DNA of 64,000 nucleotides, taken from contig CBDDPY010000002.1 in NCBI GenBank assembly GCA_965232515.1, positions 2,944,001 through 3,008,000 of the forward strand. Reading direction: 5' to 3'. The stretch is from Alphaproteobacteria bacterium (GTDB lineage: Bacteria > Pseudomonadota > Alphaproteobacteria > GCA-2731375). The position numbers were made by a program, and so were the translations under genes. The notes below the pieces were generated by a model, which made no database searches, had not been told where the DNA came from, and saw only the letters and a program-made list of their open reading frames with translations. This document shows positions 49,805-58,544 of the stretch, piece after piece (within the stretch, counting starts at the first letter, position 1; every line of letters starts with the position of its first letter).

Positions 49805-50083
49805 CTAGTTTGTTGATGTCGCGGTGACGGCGCTGCCGCTGGTCGCATCGTCGTCGTCATCGTCGGTCGACACCGAGACCACGACCGCCGCGGCGGCTGC
49901 GGCAATGGCCGCCAGTGTCAGTGTGCCCGTGGTCAGGGCAACACCGCCGCGCGGCGCCCGCGCGCCCTGCCCGGCCGCAACGCCATAACCGGTCTGCTCG
50001 GCCTGGGATTGCGCACGCAGCGACGTGGTCGGGACGGCCGCAGCGGCAATCAGCAATACGAGGACAAAACTCAGTGTACGCAT
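49805..50083 (-). CDS. Small secreted GfcA/YjbE-like protein, copy 3
   Basis: Signal peptide LRA|QSQ, TGYGVAAG, Ala-rich hydrophobic helix, STDDDDDD, Ser/Thr tail. Confidence 0.75.
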   Translation of the reverse strand: MRTLSFVLVLLIAAAAVPTTSLRAQSQAEQTGYGVAAGQGARAPRGGVALTTGTLTLAAIAAAAAAVVVSVSTDDDDDDATSGSAVTATSTN

Positions 50084-50308
50084 AAATGGCAACTCGGTTG
50101 TGATCTCGGCTTGTCTTGGATGCAGTGATCCGACCGGTCAAGCTTGCAACATAACGGCAAAAAAGCAAACTGCCGTAATCTCGCGAATGGCGCTCCATAG
50201 CTCAAGCTCACGCCCCCTTAGCCACCCTGGCGTTGTGCCTAAAGGTCAGTCGCATCTAGTTTGTTGGGAACCCAGCGACCAAACGCGCCGGAACGTTAGG
50301 TAGAGAAT

Positions 50309-50590
50309 CTAGTTCGTTTGCGGCGCCGTAGACGTACTCGTGCTGGTCGACACGTTGTCGTCGTCGTCATCGGAGACAGTCGCGATGGCAACGGCGATTG
50401 CCGCGGCGATTCCGGCTGCGGATACAGCCGCGCCCCAAGTCAACCCTGGCGCCAGGCCTTCCTGACCGGCGGTGACGCCAGCCGCGTTGCCCGTGCCAGT
50501 TTTGGTGCTTTGGGATTGCGCCTGAAGCGCGCTGGATGACACCGCCAAAAGAAAAGCGGCACAGATTGCCGCCGACTTAGCCCTCGTCAT
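50309..50590 (-). CDS. Small secreted GfcA/YjbE-like protein, copy 2
   Basis: Signal peptide LQA|QSQ, TGTGNAAGVTAGQEG, hydrophobic helix, SDDDDD, STSTSTST tail. Confidence 0.78.
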   Translation of the reverse strand: MTRAKSAAICAAFLLAVSSSALQAQSQSTKTGTGNAAGVTAGQEGLAPGLTWGAAVSAAGIAAAIAVAIATVSDDDDDNVSTSTSTSTAPQTN

Positions 50591-50676
50591 TGCCCATCCC
50601 CCGGCAGGCAGCTCGAGATACGCCGATCTGCCCACCAAACAAACATTGGAACACGACCGCCAAGCGGCCGTCAAAA

Positions 50677-50955
50677 CTATGGAGTGGTCTGAGTTGCCGT
50701 CGACGTAGCAGTGGTCGAATCGTCGTCGTCGTCCGAGACCGCAGCAATCGCAATCGCCAAGGCCGCCGCGGCTGCAACACCACCGACAACGGCAGTCGTC
50801 GACAGGCCCGCGATGCCCCCTTCCTGACCAGCGGTCACGCCCGCAGCCTCACCGGTGCCGGTCTGGGCTGCTTGAGACTGGGCGAACGATGCCGCCGGCG
50901 CTGCAACAAGCGCCGAAACGAGACCGATGGCAGTCAAAGTCTTTTTCACGATCAT
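50677..50955 (-). CDS. Small secreted GfcA/YjbE-like protein, copy 1
   Basis: GGAGG RBS, signal peptide SFA|QSQ, TGTGEAAGVTAGQEG, hydrophobic helix, SDDDDD, STTATSTATQTTP tail. Confidence 0.82.
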   Translation of the reverse strand: MIVKKTLTAIGLVSALVAAPAASFAQSQAAQTGTGEAAGVTAGQEGGIAGLSTTAVVGGVAAAAALAIAIAAVSDDDDDSTTATSTATQTTP

Positions 50956-51297
50956 GTTTGAAGGACCTCCAAAAAAACGCGCTGGAAAGTTAACGGGTTT
51001 ACCATCACCGATCAAGGTGAAATGCCCTTGGGAAACCAGTCTTTACCCCACCTTCCTTCATCCAAATTACGCACATTGCAAGGTAGCGCCGGACATGGAA
51101 CCGATTCGGCACATAGATAATCGCGTGAAACCTACGTTTCAGCAAATACCGATGCAAGAACCTCACAAGTCGTGTACCGGAATAATTACCGCCTGTTGCT
51201 TTCGTGCAACATTTGCGGCAAACCTCTGAAAGCGTTGGGCATCTGGTTGCGACCCCCGTTCAGCAGATTGCCACGACGATGTTATCTATTGAGTCGA

Positions 51298-51312
51298 TTA
51301 AATAACCGTTAA
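51298..51312. promoter_or_regulatory. CtrA-box TTAA-N7-TTAA
   Basis: TTAA ATAACCG TTAA in the divergent gap; GANTC (GAGTC) at 51291-51295. Confidence 0.6.
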
Positions 51313-51391
51313 GATGAAGTTACCGACATTACTTCAAACAAGACAAATTGCCAATTCTCGAGGCAAAAAGTCTTATCGCGCGCCCGACCTC

Positions 51392-52189
51392 ATGTCGGGC
51401 CGTTGGATTGTTCTTGTCGTCTTCGGTCTCCTCGCACTTCACCCGATCGGATCGGCCGATGCGGCACAACAGGTCTCGCTGCAATACAGCATCCATCTCG
51501 GCGGATTCAGCGTCGGATCGGTCGAACTCGACGCCGAACTGTCGGAGAGCAGCTATCATCTGCGCAGCGTCACGCGCACCGATGGCCTGATCGACATGGT
51601 CGTCGGCTTCCTGTCGCAGGCCGAATCGCGGGGCGCCATCGCATCGCGACGGATCAAACCGGCCGAGCATCGCGCGGACAACATCTGGATGGGCGAGGAT
51701 CGTTCCGTTCGCAACGTCTACGAGTCCGGTCGGGTCGCGGCCGTCATCGACCCGTCGCCGGCGGATGATGATCGACCACCGGTGCCGGTCGCGGCAACGG
51801 TCGAAACGCTGGATCCACTCAGCGCCTCCCTGCGTGCGAGCCTGCTTGCCGGCACCAGCACCCCATGTGCCGAACGGGTGCCGGTCTTCGACGGACGACG
51901 CCGCTATGATCTGAACTTCTCGCACGTCGCCAGCAGCACACCCGTTCGTCTCGGCGGCGGCGGCCGGCCGAGCCAGCATTGCCGGGTCACCCTTGAGCGG
52001 ATCGTCGGTTTCTCCCGCAAACCATGGCTCACGCCGGTCAGGGGCGTCGAAGTCGCGGATATCTGGTTCAAACCGCTCGTCGCCGACCTGCCGCTGATCC
52101 CGTTCCGCCTGACGGCCGATACCGGCGTCGGCGAAGCCATCGTTCAGCTGGTCGCGCTCAACGGCAAGGCGGTCGAAAAGGCGCCCTGA
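51392..52189 (+). CDS. DUF3108-family secreted protein
   Basis: Signal peptide, Y.IHLGGF.VG, LDPLSA, VFDGRRRYDL. Confidence 0.75.
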   Translation: MSGRWIVLVVFGLLALHPIGSADAAQQVSLQYSIHLGGFSVGSVELDAELSESSYHLRSVTRTDGLIDMVVGFLSQAESRGAIASRRIKPAEHRADNIWMGEDRSVRNVYESGRVAAVIDPSPADDDRPPVPVAATVETLDPLSASLRASLLAGTSTPCAERVPVFDGRRRYDLNFSHVASSTPVRLGGGGRPSQHCRVTLERIVGFSRKPWLTPVRGVEVADIWFKPLVADLPLIPFRLTADTGVGEAIVQLVALNGKAVEKAP

Positions 52190-52200
52190 CCGCCGCCGTC

Positions 52201-53058
52201 TCAGCTCGGTCGTCCGGCGACGGCCGACAGAAAGTCCAGGATGTACTGCATGGCGGCGGGGTTCTCGAACACGTCGTGGGTGTTCTGCTGATCCAGCACG
52301 ATCGACTGCGAGGCCGGCCGGCCGGCCATGAAGGCGCCGCAATGGCCGCGTTGGCCGACCGTTCGGCTGGCGTCGTACCAGGGATCGTCCGCCTGCACTA
52401 GAGCCAAGACAGGCTCGTCCGCCGGCGCCGCCAGGCCGCGGATCAGCGCGCCGCCGTGACAGGTCCATTGCGCGATCACCCGTCCTCGGAATTCGGTGCC
52501 CCGATAAAGCGCCGCCGCGACGCCGCCCTCGCTGGTGCCCATCAGAAACAGCCGATTCGGATCGACCCAGGGCAGCGCCTCCATGCGGTGCAGCGCATAG
52601 GAGATCTCGGCCATGCGGAAATCGAAAACGAACCGGTTCTCGCCGCCCGTCTGCCGCGAGGGCCGGCACTGCAACGGCCGGTAGCGGCGCGAGAAGCTGT
52701 CGGGCGCGATCACCGCGAAGCCGCGGCGGGCCAGCGCCTTCAGCGTTTCCGTGTTCCTGAGCCCGGTGCAGCCATGCAGATAGATGACCGTCGGATAGCG
52801 CAAGCCGCGCGCGTCGCCGCGGACGAACGCCGACAATTGCCGGTCGGTCATCCGCGCCGTCAACGGTGCGTTGCCGTGCCCGCGCGGCAGCACGACGGTG
52901 GCTTCGTTGAACGTGCGGGCGATATCGCTGTCGTCTTCCGTCCATGCGGACTGGTTGAACCATTCGCTCTGATTCAGCGTGGAATTGCCGCAGCCCGATA
53001 GGCCAAGCGCCAACGCCGCGGCAACGGCACCCGCGCCAAGCCATCGAAACGCGCTCAC
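52201..53058 (-). CDS. Alpha/beta-hydrolase lipoprotein (dienelactone hydrolase-like)
   Basis: Lipobox LSGC, YLHGCTG, APDSF, GTSEGG; GTGA overlap with ispE stop. Confidence 0.78.
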   Translation of the reverse strand: MSAFRWLGAGAVAAALALGLSGCGNSTLNQSEWFNQSAWTEDDSDIARTFNEATVVLPRGHGNAPLTARMTDRQLSAFVRGDARGLRYPTVIYLHGCTGLRNTETLKALARRGFAVIAPDSFSRRYRPLQCRPSRQTGGENRFVFDFRMAEISYALHRMEALPWVDPNRLFLMGTSEGGVAAALYRGTEFRGRVIAQWTCHGGALIRGLAAPADEPVLALVQADDPWYDASRTVGQRGHCGAFMAGRPASQSIVLDQQNTHDVFENPAAMQYILDFLSAVAGRPS

Positions 53059-53930
53059 GCCGGCGCTCCCAACCGGGTCACCGCGCTCCACCAGCCCGGC
53101 TCGCTGCGACGCAGCGCCCTCTCGGCATCCCTGGCCGCACCCGGGTCGTCGAACAGCGCGAAGCAGGTCGCGCCACTGCCGCTCATACGCGCCAGCAAGG
53201 CGCCCGGCAGCGTCGACAGGCGGTCCAACACAACGCCGACGGCCGGCGCCAATGACCGCGCCGCCGCCTCCAGTCCGTTCGACCGGTGCGCCAACAATCC
53301 GGCCAGCGCCGCCACGTCCGCCGGAGATCGGTCGAACCGGCCCGGCGCGTCGTCGGCCTGCCGCCGCGTGGCGAAGACATCGGCCGTGGCGAGCACGATG
53401 CCGGGATTGACCAGCAGCGCGTGAACCGGCGGCAGCATCGGCGCCGGCGTGATCTCGTCGCCAATGCCGGCCATGAAAACAGTGCGCGTTTCGAGGCAGA
53501 CCGGAACATCGGCGCCGAGCGTGCCGCCGATGTCGCGCAACGCGTCAACCGAAAGCCCCAGATCCCAAATTTCGTTCAAGCCCCGCAGCACCGCAGCCGC
53601 ATCGGCCGACCCGCCGCCCAAACCCGCCGCAACCGGCAACCGCTTGGTCAGGCGCATGGCCGCCGCCGCCGGCCTGTCGGCCGCCGCCGCCAACGCGCGC
53701 GCCGCCGACAACATCAGGTTGTCGCCGCATTCGAGCGCCGCGGCGAACGGGCCGTCGACCTGGAGCGTCAGTTTTTCCGATGGCGCGACAACGACCTCGT
53801 CGCCGATATCGGCGAAGGCGACCAGGCTGTCCAGCAGATGATAGCCGTCCGGCCGACGGCCGGTGATATGAAGATAGAGGTTGACCTTGGCGAACGCCGT
53901 CAGGCGTAGCGCCCCGCCGTCAGCTGTCAC
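53055..53930 (-). CDS. ispE: 4-diphosphocytidyl-2-C-methyl-D-erythritol kinase
   Basis: AKVNLYLH, DGYHLL, PVAAGLGGGSADAA, GADVP, MSGSGATCF. Confidence 0.95.
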   Translation of the reverse strand: MTADGGALRLTAFAKVNLYLHITGRRPDGYHLLDSLVAFADIGDEVVVAPSEKLTLQVDGPFAAALECGDNLMLSAARALAAAADRPAAAAMRLTKRLPVAAGLGGGSADAAAVLRGLNEIWDLGLSVDALRDIGGTLGADVPVCLETRTVFMAGIGDEITPAPMLPPVHALLVNPGIVLATADVFATRRQADDAPGRFDRSPADVAALAGLLAHRSNGLEAAARSLAPAVGVVLDRLSTLPGALLARMSGSGATCFALFDDPGAARDAERALRRSEPGWWSAVTRLGAPA

Positions 53931-55650
53931 TGCCGACCGGCTTGACCGGCTGCAAGCCCTCGTCGAGCTTCGTCTCGATAACCGGGATCTGCTCCTCGTC
54001 CGGCTCCAACGCCAATGCATGCCGCCATTGGAACCGCGCCTCCAGCCGGCGGCCGACCTGCCAATAGGCGTCGCCCAGGTGTTCGTTGATGGTCGGATCC
54101 TCGGGCCGCAGTTCGACGGCGCGCTCCAGATGCGTGACCGCCGCGTCGAACTCGCCCATGCGGTACAGCACCCAGCCCAGGCTGTCGACGATATAACCGT
54201 CGTTCGGCCGCTGCTCGACGGCCTTCTCGATCATTTCCCGCGCTTCGGTCAGGTTCTTGGCCCGCTCGACCCAGGAATAACCGAGGTAATTCAGCACCAG
54301 CGGCTGATCGGGGCGCAGCTCCAGGGCGCGCAGGAAATCCGCCTCCGCCAGGTCCCAGTCGCTCGAGCGCTCGCGCGCGATGCCGCGCGTGTAGAGCAAG
54401 GCCCAGTGCCGCTCCTGCAGGTCGCCGGTGCGTTCGATCGCCCGGTCATACTCCACGGCCGCTTCTTCGTAGCGTTCGTGCGTCCGCAGAATATCCGCCA
54501 GCGCAATCGGTGCGCCGGTATCCAGCGGACGTTCGTCCACCATGCTGCGCAGCAGCTCGACCGCCTCGTCGACGCGGTCCAGACGGTTCAAGCTGGTCGC
54601 CGTGCGCAGGCGGCTGTCCCAGCTGTAGGCCGACGACAGCGGGATGGCCTTGTAGACGGCGATCGCCTCGCCCCAGCGCTCGTCGTTCTCGAAGATCTCA
54701 CCCAGCAGCATATGGCCGCTGTCGAGATCGGGCCGCATATAGAGCGCCAGCTGAACGTAGACCTTGGCCGCGTTCCCCGCCCGGTCGCGGGCCAGCGCGC
54801 CGGCGGCGCCATAGAATGCTTCGGCGATGCCGTGCTCGATGGTCCGCACCGGCGGCGTCACGCCCCGCCCGGCCGCGATCTCCGCCAAAGCCGCCTCGAT
54901 CACCGGGTTCTCCGGCACGCGGGTCAGATAATCCTCGAACAGCGTGCGCGCCTCGTCGGCCCTGTCCTGGCGAAACAGAAATGAGCCGTAGGCCAGAACC
55001 ACGCGCGTCGCGTTGGCGGCCCCACCGCCGCGGGTTTCGATATAGGCGGCCTCGGCCTCGGCCGGCTTGTCGAGATAGTCATAGATCAGCGCCGAGTGAT
55101 ACGACTTGAAGGCGGCAAAGGCCGCGCGGTCGCTCAGACCGTCCAGCGCCGCCATGGCCGATTCGACGTCGTCCTTGCCGGCGGCGAGCCAGGCCAGCAG
55201 CAGCGGCCGCAGCAACACCGCGAACCCGGTGCGTTGCGGCTGGTCCAACCGCTGCTGGCCGACATCCAGCCGGCCGTCGCGGATGTCGTCGATGGCCAGC
55301 ACCATTTGCGCCATCACGGCCCGAGGATTGGTCTGGGTCCGCAACTCGGCCAGCTCCACCGCACGCTCCATGCGCCCTTCTTCCAGCATCAGCATGAAGG
55401 TGCGCTGCAGCAGCGTCTGGTTCTCGGGATCTTCCTCCAGCGCCAGGTCGAAATAATCGGCGGCGGCCGAGGTATCGCGGCCGAAGCGGGCACTGCGGCC
55501 GGCCAGATAGCTGCCCAGGGCCGATTCGCCGCCGTTCAGCCCGGCGCCGCCGCCCGCCGGTCCCGCGCCCCGGTTTGCCGTCGGGCTGCAGGCGGCCGTA
55601 ACGCCGGCCACGATGAGCGCCGCCCAGATCAGCTTGGTTCGCGTATCCAT
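53920..55650 (-). CDS. TPR-repeat lipoprotein
   Basis: TAAC lipobox, GSYLAGR, VLNYLGYSW, YIVDSLGW, HLGDAYW..GR..EARFQW; conserved position before ispE. Confidence 0.9.
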   Translation of the reverse strand: MDTRTKLIWAALIVAGVTAACSPTANRGAGPAGGGAGLNGGESALGSYLAGRSARFGRDTSAAADYFDLALEEDPENQTLLQRTFMLMLEEGRMERAVELAELRTQTNPRAVMAQMVLAIDDIRDGRLDVGQQRLDQPQRTGFAVLLRPLLLAWLAAGKDDVESAMAALDGLSDRAAFAAFKSYHSALIYDYLDKPAEAEAAYIETRGGGAANATRVVLAYGSFLFRQDRADEARTLFEDYLTRVPENPVIEAALAEIAAGRGVTPPVRTIEHGIAEAFYGAAGALARDRAGNAAKVYVQLALYMRPDLDSGHMLLGEIFENDERWGEAIAVYKAIPLSSAYSWDSRLRTATSLNRLDRVDEAVELLRSMVDERPLDTGAPIALADILRTHERYEEAAVEYDRAIERTGDLQERHWALLYTRGIARERSSDWDLAEADFLRALELRPDQPLVLNYLGYSWVERAKNLTEAREMIEKAVEQRPNDGYIVDSLGWVLYRMGEFDAAVTHLERAVELRPEDPTINEHLGDAYWQVGRRLEARFQWRHALALEPDEEQIPVIETKLDEGLQPVKPVGSDS

Positions 55651-55787
55651 GACTGCAACCCGTCGATCAGTTCTCGGGATTCAGGAAATCGGCAACATCG
55701 TCGGCCCGTATCAAAACGCCACAGACGGACGAATTGCAAGTGGTGATGCGCGCCGGACCAGGTAATCGCCGGGTTTCGGTCCGGCGG

Positions 55788-57443
55788 TCACATATTCGGA
55801 TAGTTCGGGCCACCGCCGCCTTCCGGAACGACCCAGTTGATATTCTGTGTCGGGTCCTTGATGTCGCATGTCTTGCAGTGCACGCAGTTCTGGGCGTTGA
55901 TCTGCAGCCGCGGCTCGCTGCCGTCGTCGTTGCGCACGATCTCATAGACGCCCGCCGGGCAATAGCGTTGTTCTGGCGCATCATAGAGCGCCAGGTTATG
56001 CGCCACGGGTACTGACGAATCCTTAAGCGTCAGATGCACCGGCTGATCTTCCTCGTGATTTGTGTTCGAAATAAACACCGACGACAGTTTGTCGAAGCTG
56101 ACGACGCCATCGGGCTTCGGATAGTCGATCGGCGCGCAGTCGGCGGCCTTCTTCAAGCTCTCGTGATCGGGCGTCGTGTGATGGAAGGTCCAGGGCACGC
56201 GGCCGCCGATGAACTGCTCGAGGCCATTGTAGAGCGTACCGCCGATCAACCCCCATTTGGCAAAGGCCGCGCGGAAATTGCGGGCAGCGTAGAGTTCGCG
56301 ATAGACCCACGATTCCTCGAACGCGGCGGGATAGTCGCTCAGTAACGGCGCCGTCGCTTCCTCGCCAGCCGATCGCAGCGCCGCGAACGCGGCTTCCGCC
56401 GCCATCATGCCGGTCTTCATGGCGTTGTGGCTGCCCTTGATCTTCGGCACGTTCAGGAACCCGGCCGCGCAGCCGATCAGGGCGCCGCCGGGAAACACCA
56501 GATCCGGAATCGCCTGCAGCCCGCCCTCGTTCAGGGCCCGGGCGCCATAGGCGATGCGCTTGCCGCCCTCCAGATGCGGCCGGATCAGCGGATGCGTCTT
56601 GTAGCGCTGGAACTCGTCGAACGGCGATAAATGCGGATTTTCATAGTCGAGCGCCACGACATAGCCGACCGCGACCTGGTTGTTCTCCAGGTGATAGAGG
56701 AACGAGCCGCCATAGGTCTTGCGGTCCATCGGCCAGCCTGCGGTGTGGACGACAAGTCCCGGCTGGTGATTCTCGTCCGGCACCTCCCACAACTCTTTCA
56801 GGCCGATGCCGTAAGTCTGCGGATCGGCCGACGCCGCCAGGCCGAAGCGCGCCATCAGCGTCTTGGTCAGCGAGCCCCGACAGCCCTCGGCGAACATGGT
56901 GTATTTCGCATGCAGTTCGATGCCGGGCTCGTGCGACGCCTTCGCCTCGCCGTCGCGGCCGATGCCCATATCGCCGGTGGCGACGCCGCGCACGCGGCCG
57001 TCGTCGTCGTACAGCACCTCGGCCGCGGCGAAGCCCGGATAAACCTCGATGCCCATGGCCTCGGCCTGCTCGGCCAGCCAGCGGCACAGATTGCCCAGGC
57101 TGATGATGTAGTAGCCGTGATTCCGCGTCGCCCTAGGCAGCAGGAACGTCGGCATGGAAATGCCGTTGTGTTCGGTCAGGAAATAGAACTTCTCGCCGCT
57201 GACCGGCGTTTCCAGCGGCGCGCCGCGGTCCGCCCAGTCCGGCAGCAACTCGTTCAACGCCCGCGGGTCGAACACCGCGCCCGACAGAATATGGGCGCCG
57301 ACTTCCGAGCCCTTTTCCAGCACGCAAACGCCGAGATCGACATCGTTTTCCTGGCACAGCTGCTTGAAGCGGATAGCTGCCGCGAGTCCGGCGGGACCGC
57401 CGCCAACAATGACGACGTCGTATTCCATCGATTCGCGTGCCAC
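55788..57443 (-). CDS. Electron transfer flavoprotein-ubiquinone oxidoreductase
   Basis: [45 protein letters not shown]; AGGAG RBS. Confidence 0.97.
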   Translation of the reverse strand: MARESMEYDVVIVGGGPAGLAAAIRFKQLCQENDVDLGVCVLEKGSEVGAHILSGAVFDPRALNELLPDWADRGAPLETPVSGEKFYFLTEHNGISMPTFLLPRATRNHGYYIISLGNLCRWLAEQAEAMGIEVYPGFAAAEVLYDDDGRVRGVATGDMGIGRDGEAKASHEPGIELHAKYTMFAEGCRGSLTKTLMARFGLAASADPQTYGIGLKELWEVPDENHQPGLVVHTAGWPMDRKTYGGSFLYHLENNQVAVGYVVALDYENPHLSPFDEFQRYKTHPLIRPHLEGGKRIAYGARALNEGGLQAIPDLVFPGGALIGCAAGFLNVPKIKGSHNAMKTGMMAAEAAFAALRSAGEEATAPLLSDYPAAFEESWVYRELYAARNFRAAFAKWGLIGGTLYNGLEQFIGGRVPWTFHHTTPDHESLKKAADCAPIDYPKPDGVVSFDKLSSVFISNTNHEEDQPVHLTLKDSSVPVAHNLALYDAPEQRYCPAGVYEIVRNDDGSEPRLQINAQNCVHCKTCDIKDPTQNINWVVPEGGGGPNYPNM

Positions 57444-57628
57444 AGCTCCTCCTCTCGTCCGTATCGCGTCGCGTTCCCCGCGTCGCCATATCCGTGCCGG
57501 CCGACTTGGTTAATTTGCCGTCCCCGCAGGCGTTTATGCCGTTGAAACCCGCACCCGGTCAACGCCGCACCGGCGGCGGACGGGCCGTCATGCTGCGCGG
57601 GCCGGCCCCCTCGTGCTAGCGTCCGGCC

Positions 57629-58441
57629 ATGCAGCAACCGCAATCGGCTTTAGATCTACTCCGCTGGTACATAGATATGGGCGCCGACGAGGCCATCGGC
57701 GAGCGGCCGATCGATCGGTTTCAGCTTTCGGCCGCGGCGCTCGAGCAGCGGACTAAGACGCCGCCAAAGCAGCCGGAACGACGGACCCCTGCCAAGCCGG
57801 CGACGCCCGGCGACGGATTGCGCATGGAATCGCCCGAGGCCGCCGGCGAAAGCGCGCGGAAACTGGCGGAAACCGCGAAAAACCTCGACGAACTGCGGGA
57901 CCTGCTGGCCGCCTTCGACGGATGCCCCCTGAAACGCACGGCGACCAACCTGGTGTTCGGCGACGGCAATCCGGCCGCCGATGTCATGCTGATCGGCGAG
58001 GCGCCCGGCGCCGACGAGGACCGGCAGGGCCTGCCCTTCGTCGGCGTCAGCGGCCAGCTCCTGGACAAAATGCTGGCCTCGATCGGCCTGGACCGGACCT
58101 CGGCCTATATCACCAACATCCTGCCCTGGCGCCCGCCGGGCAATCGCAAGCCGACGCCGGCGGAAAGCGCCATGTGCATGCCGTTCATCCGCCGCCATAT
58201 CGAGCTGGTGGCGCCAAAAGTGCTGGTTCTGCTCGGCGGCACATCGGCGTCGAGCCTGCTCGAACGCAAAGAAGGCATCATGCGGATGCGCGGCCGCTGG
58301 TTCGAGTATCAGAGCCGTGACGGCAAGATTCCGGCCATGCCGACCTATCATCCCGCCTTTCTGCTGCGACAGCCCGCCCTAAAGAAAGACGTATGGAAAG
58401 ACCTCCTCGAAGTAAATAACCGCATTTTAACCTTAAGATGA
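57629..58441 (+). CDS. Uracil-DNA glycosylase family 4
   Basis: [32 protein letters not shown]. Confidence 0.95.
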   Translation: MQQPQSALDLLRWYIDMGADEAIGERPIDRFQLSAAALEQRTKTPPKQPERRTPAKPATPGDGLRMESPEAAGESARKLAETAKNLDELRDLLAAFDGCPLKRTATNLVFGDGNPAADVMLIGEAPGADEDRQGLPFVGVSGQLLDKMLASIGLDRTSAYITNILPWRPPGNRKPTPAESAMCMPFIRRHIELVAPKVLVLLGGTSASSLLERKEGIMRMRGRWFEYQSRDGKIPAMPTYHPAFLLRQPALKKDVWKDLLEVNNRILTLR

Positions 58442-58522
58442 GTTAAGTGATTAATTAAGTATCCGGCCTCTAATCGTTACCAATTCATTATGGTTAACAA
58501 TTTGTTACTTGCTATGGCCGGC

Positions 58523-58538
58523 TTAATGTTCTATTAAC
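58523..58538 (+). promoter_or_regulatory. CtrA-box TTAA-N7-TTAAC
   Basis: TTAA TGTTCTA TTAAC just before the SLT start; further TTAA half-sites at 58427-58458. Confidence 0.7.
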
Positions 58539-58544
58539 CTGGTC

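Noticed and set aside
49805-50955. Mini-proteins as RiPP precursors for the rSAM/SPASM enzyme, or as inovirus coat proteins
   Set aside because: They have Sec signals, lie about 27 kb from the rSAM with no RRE or peptidase, have acidic rather than basic C-termini, and no Zot/Rep genes are nearby; context fits GfcA/YjbE.
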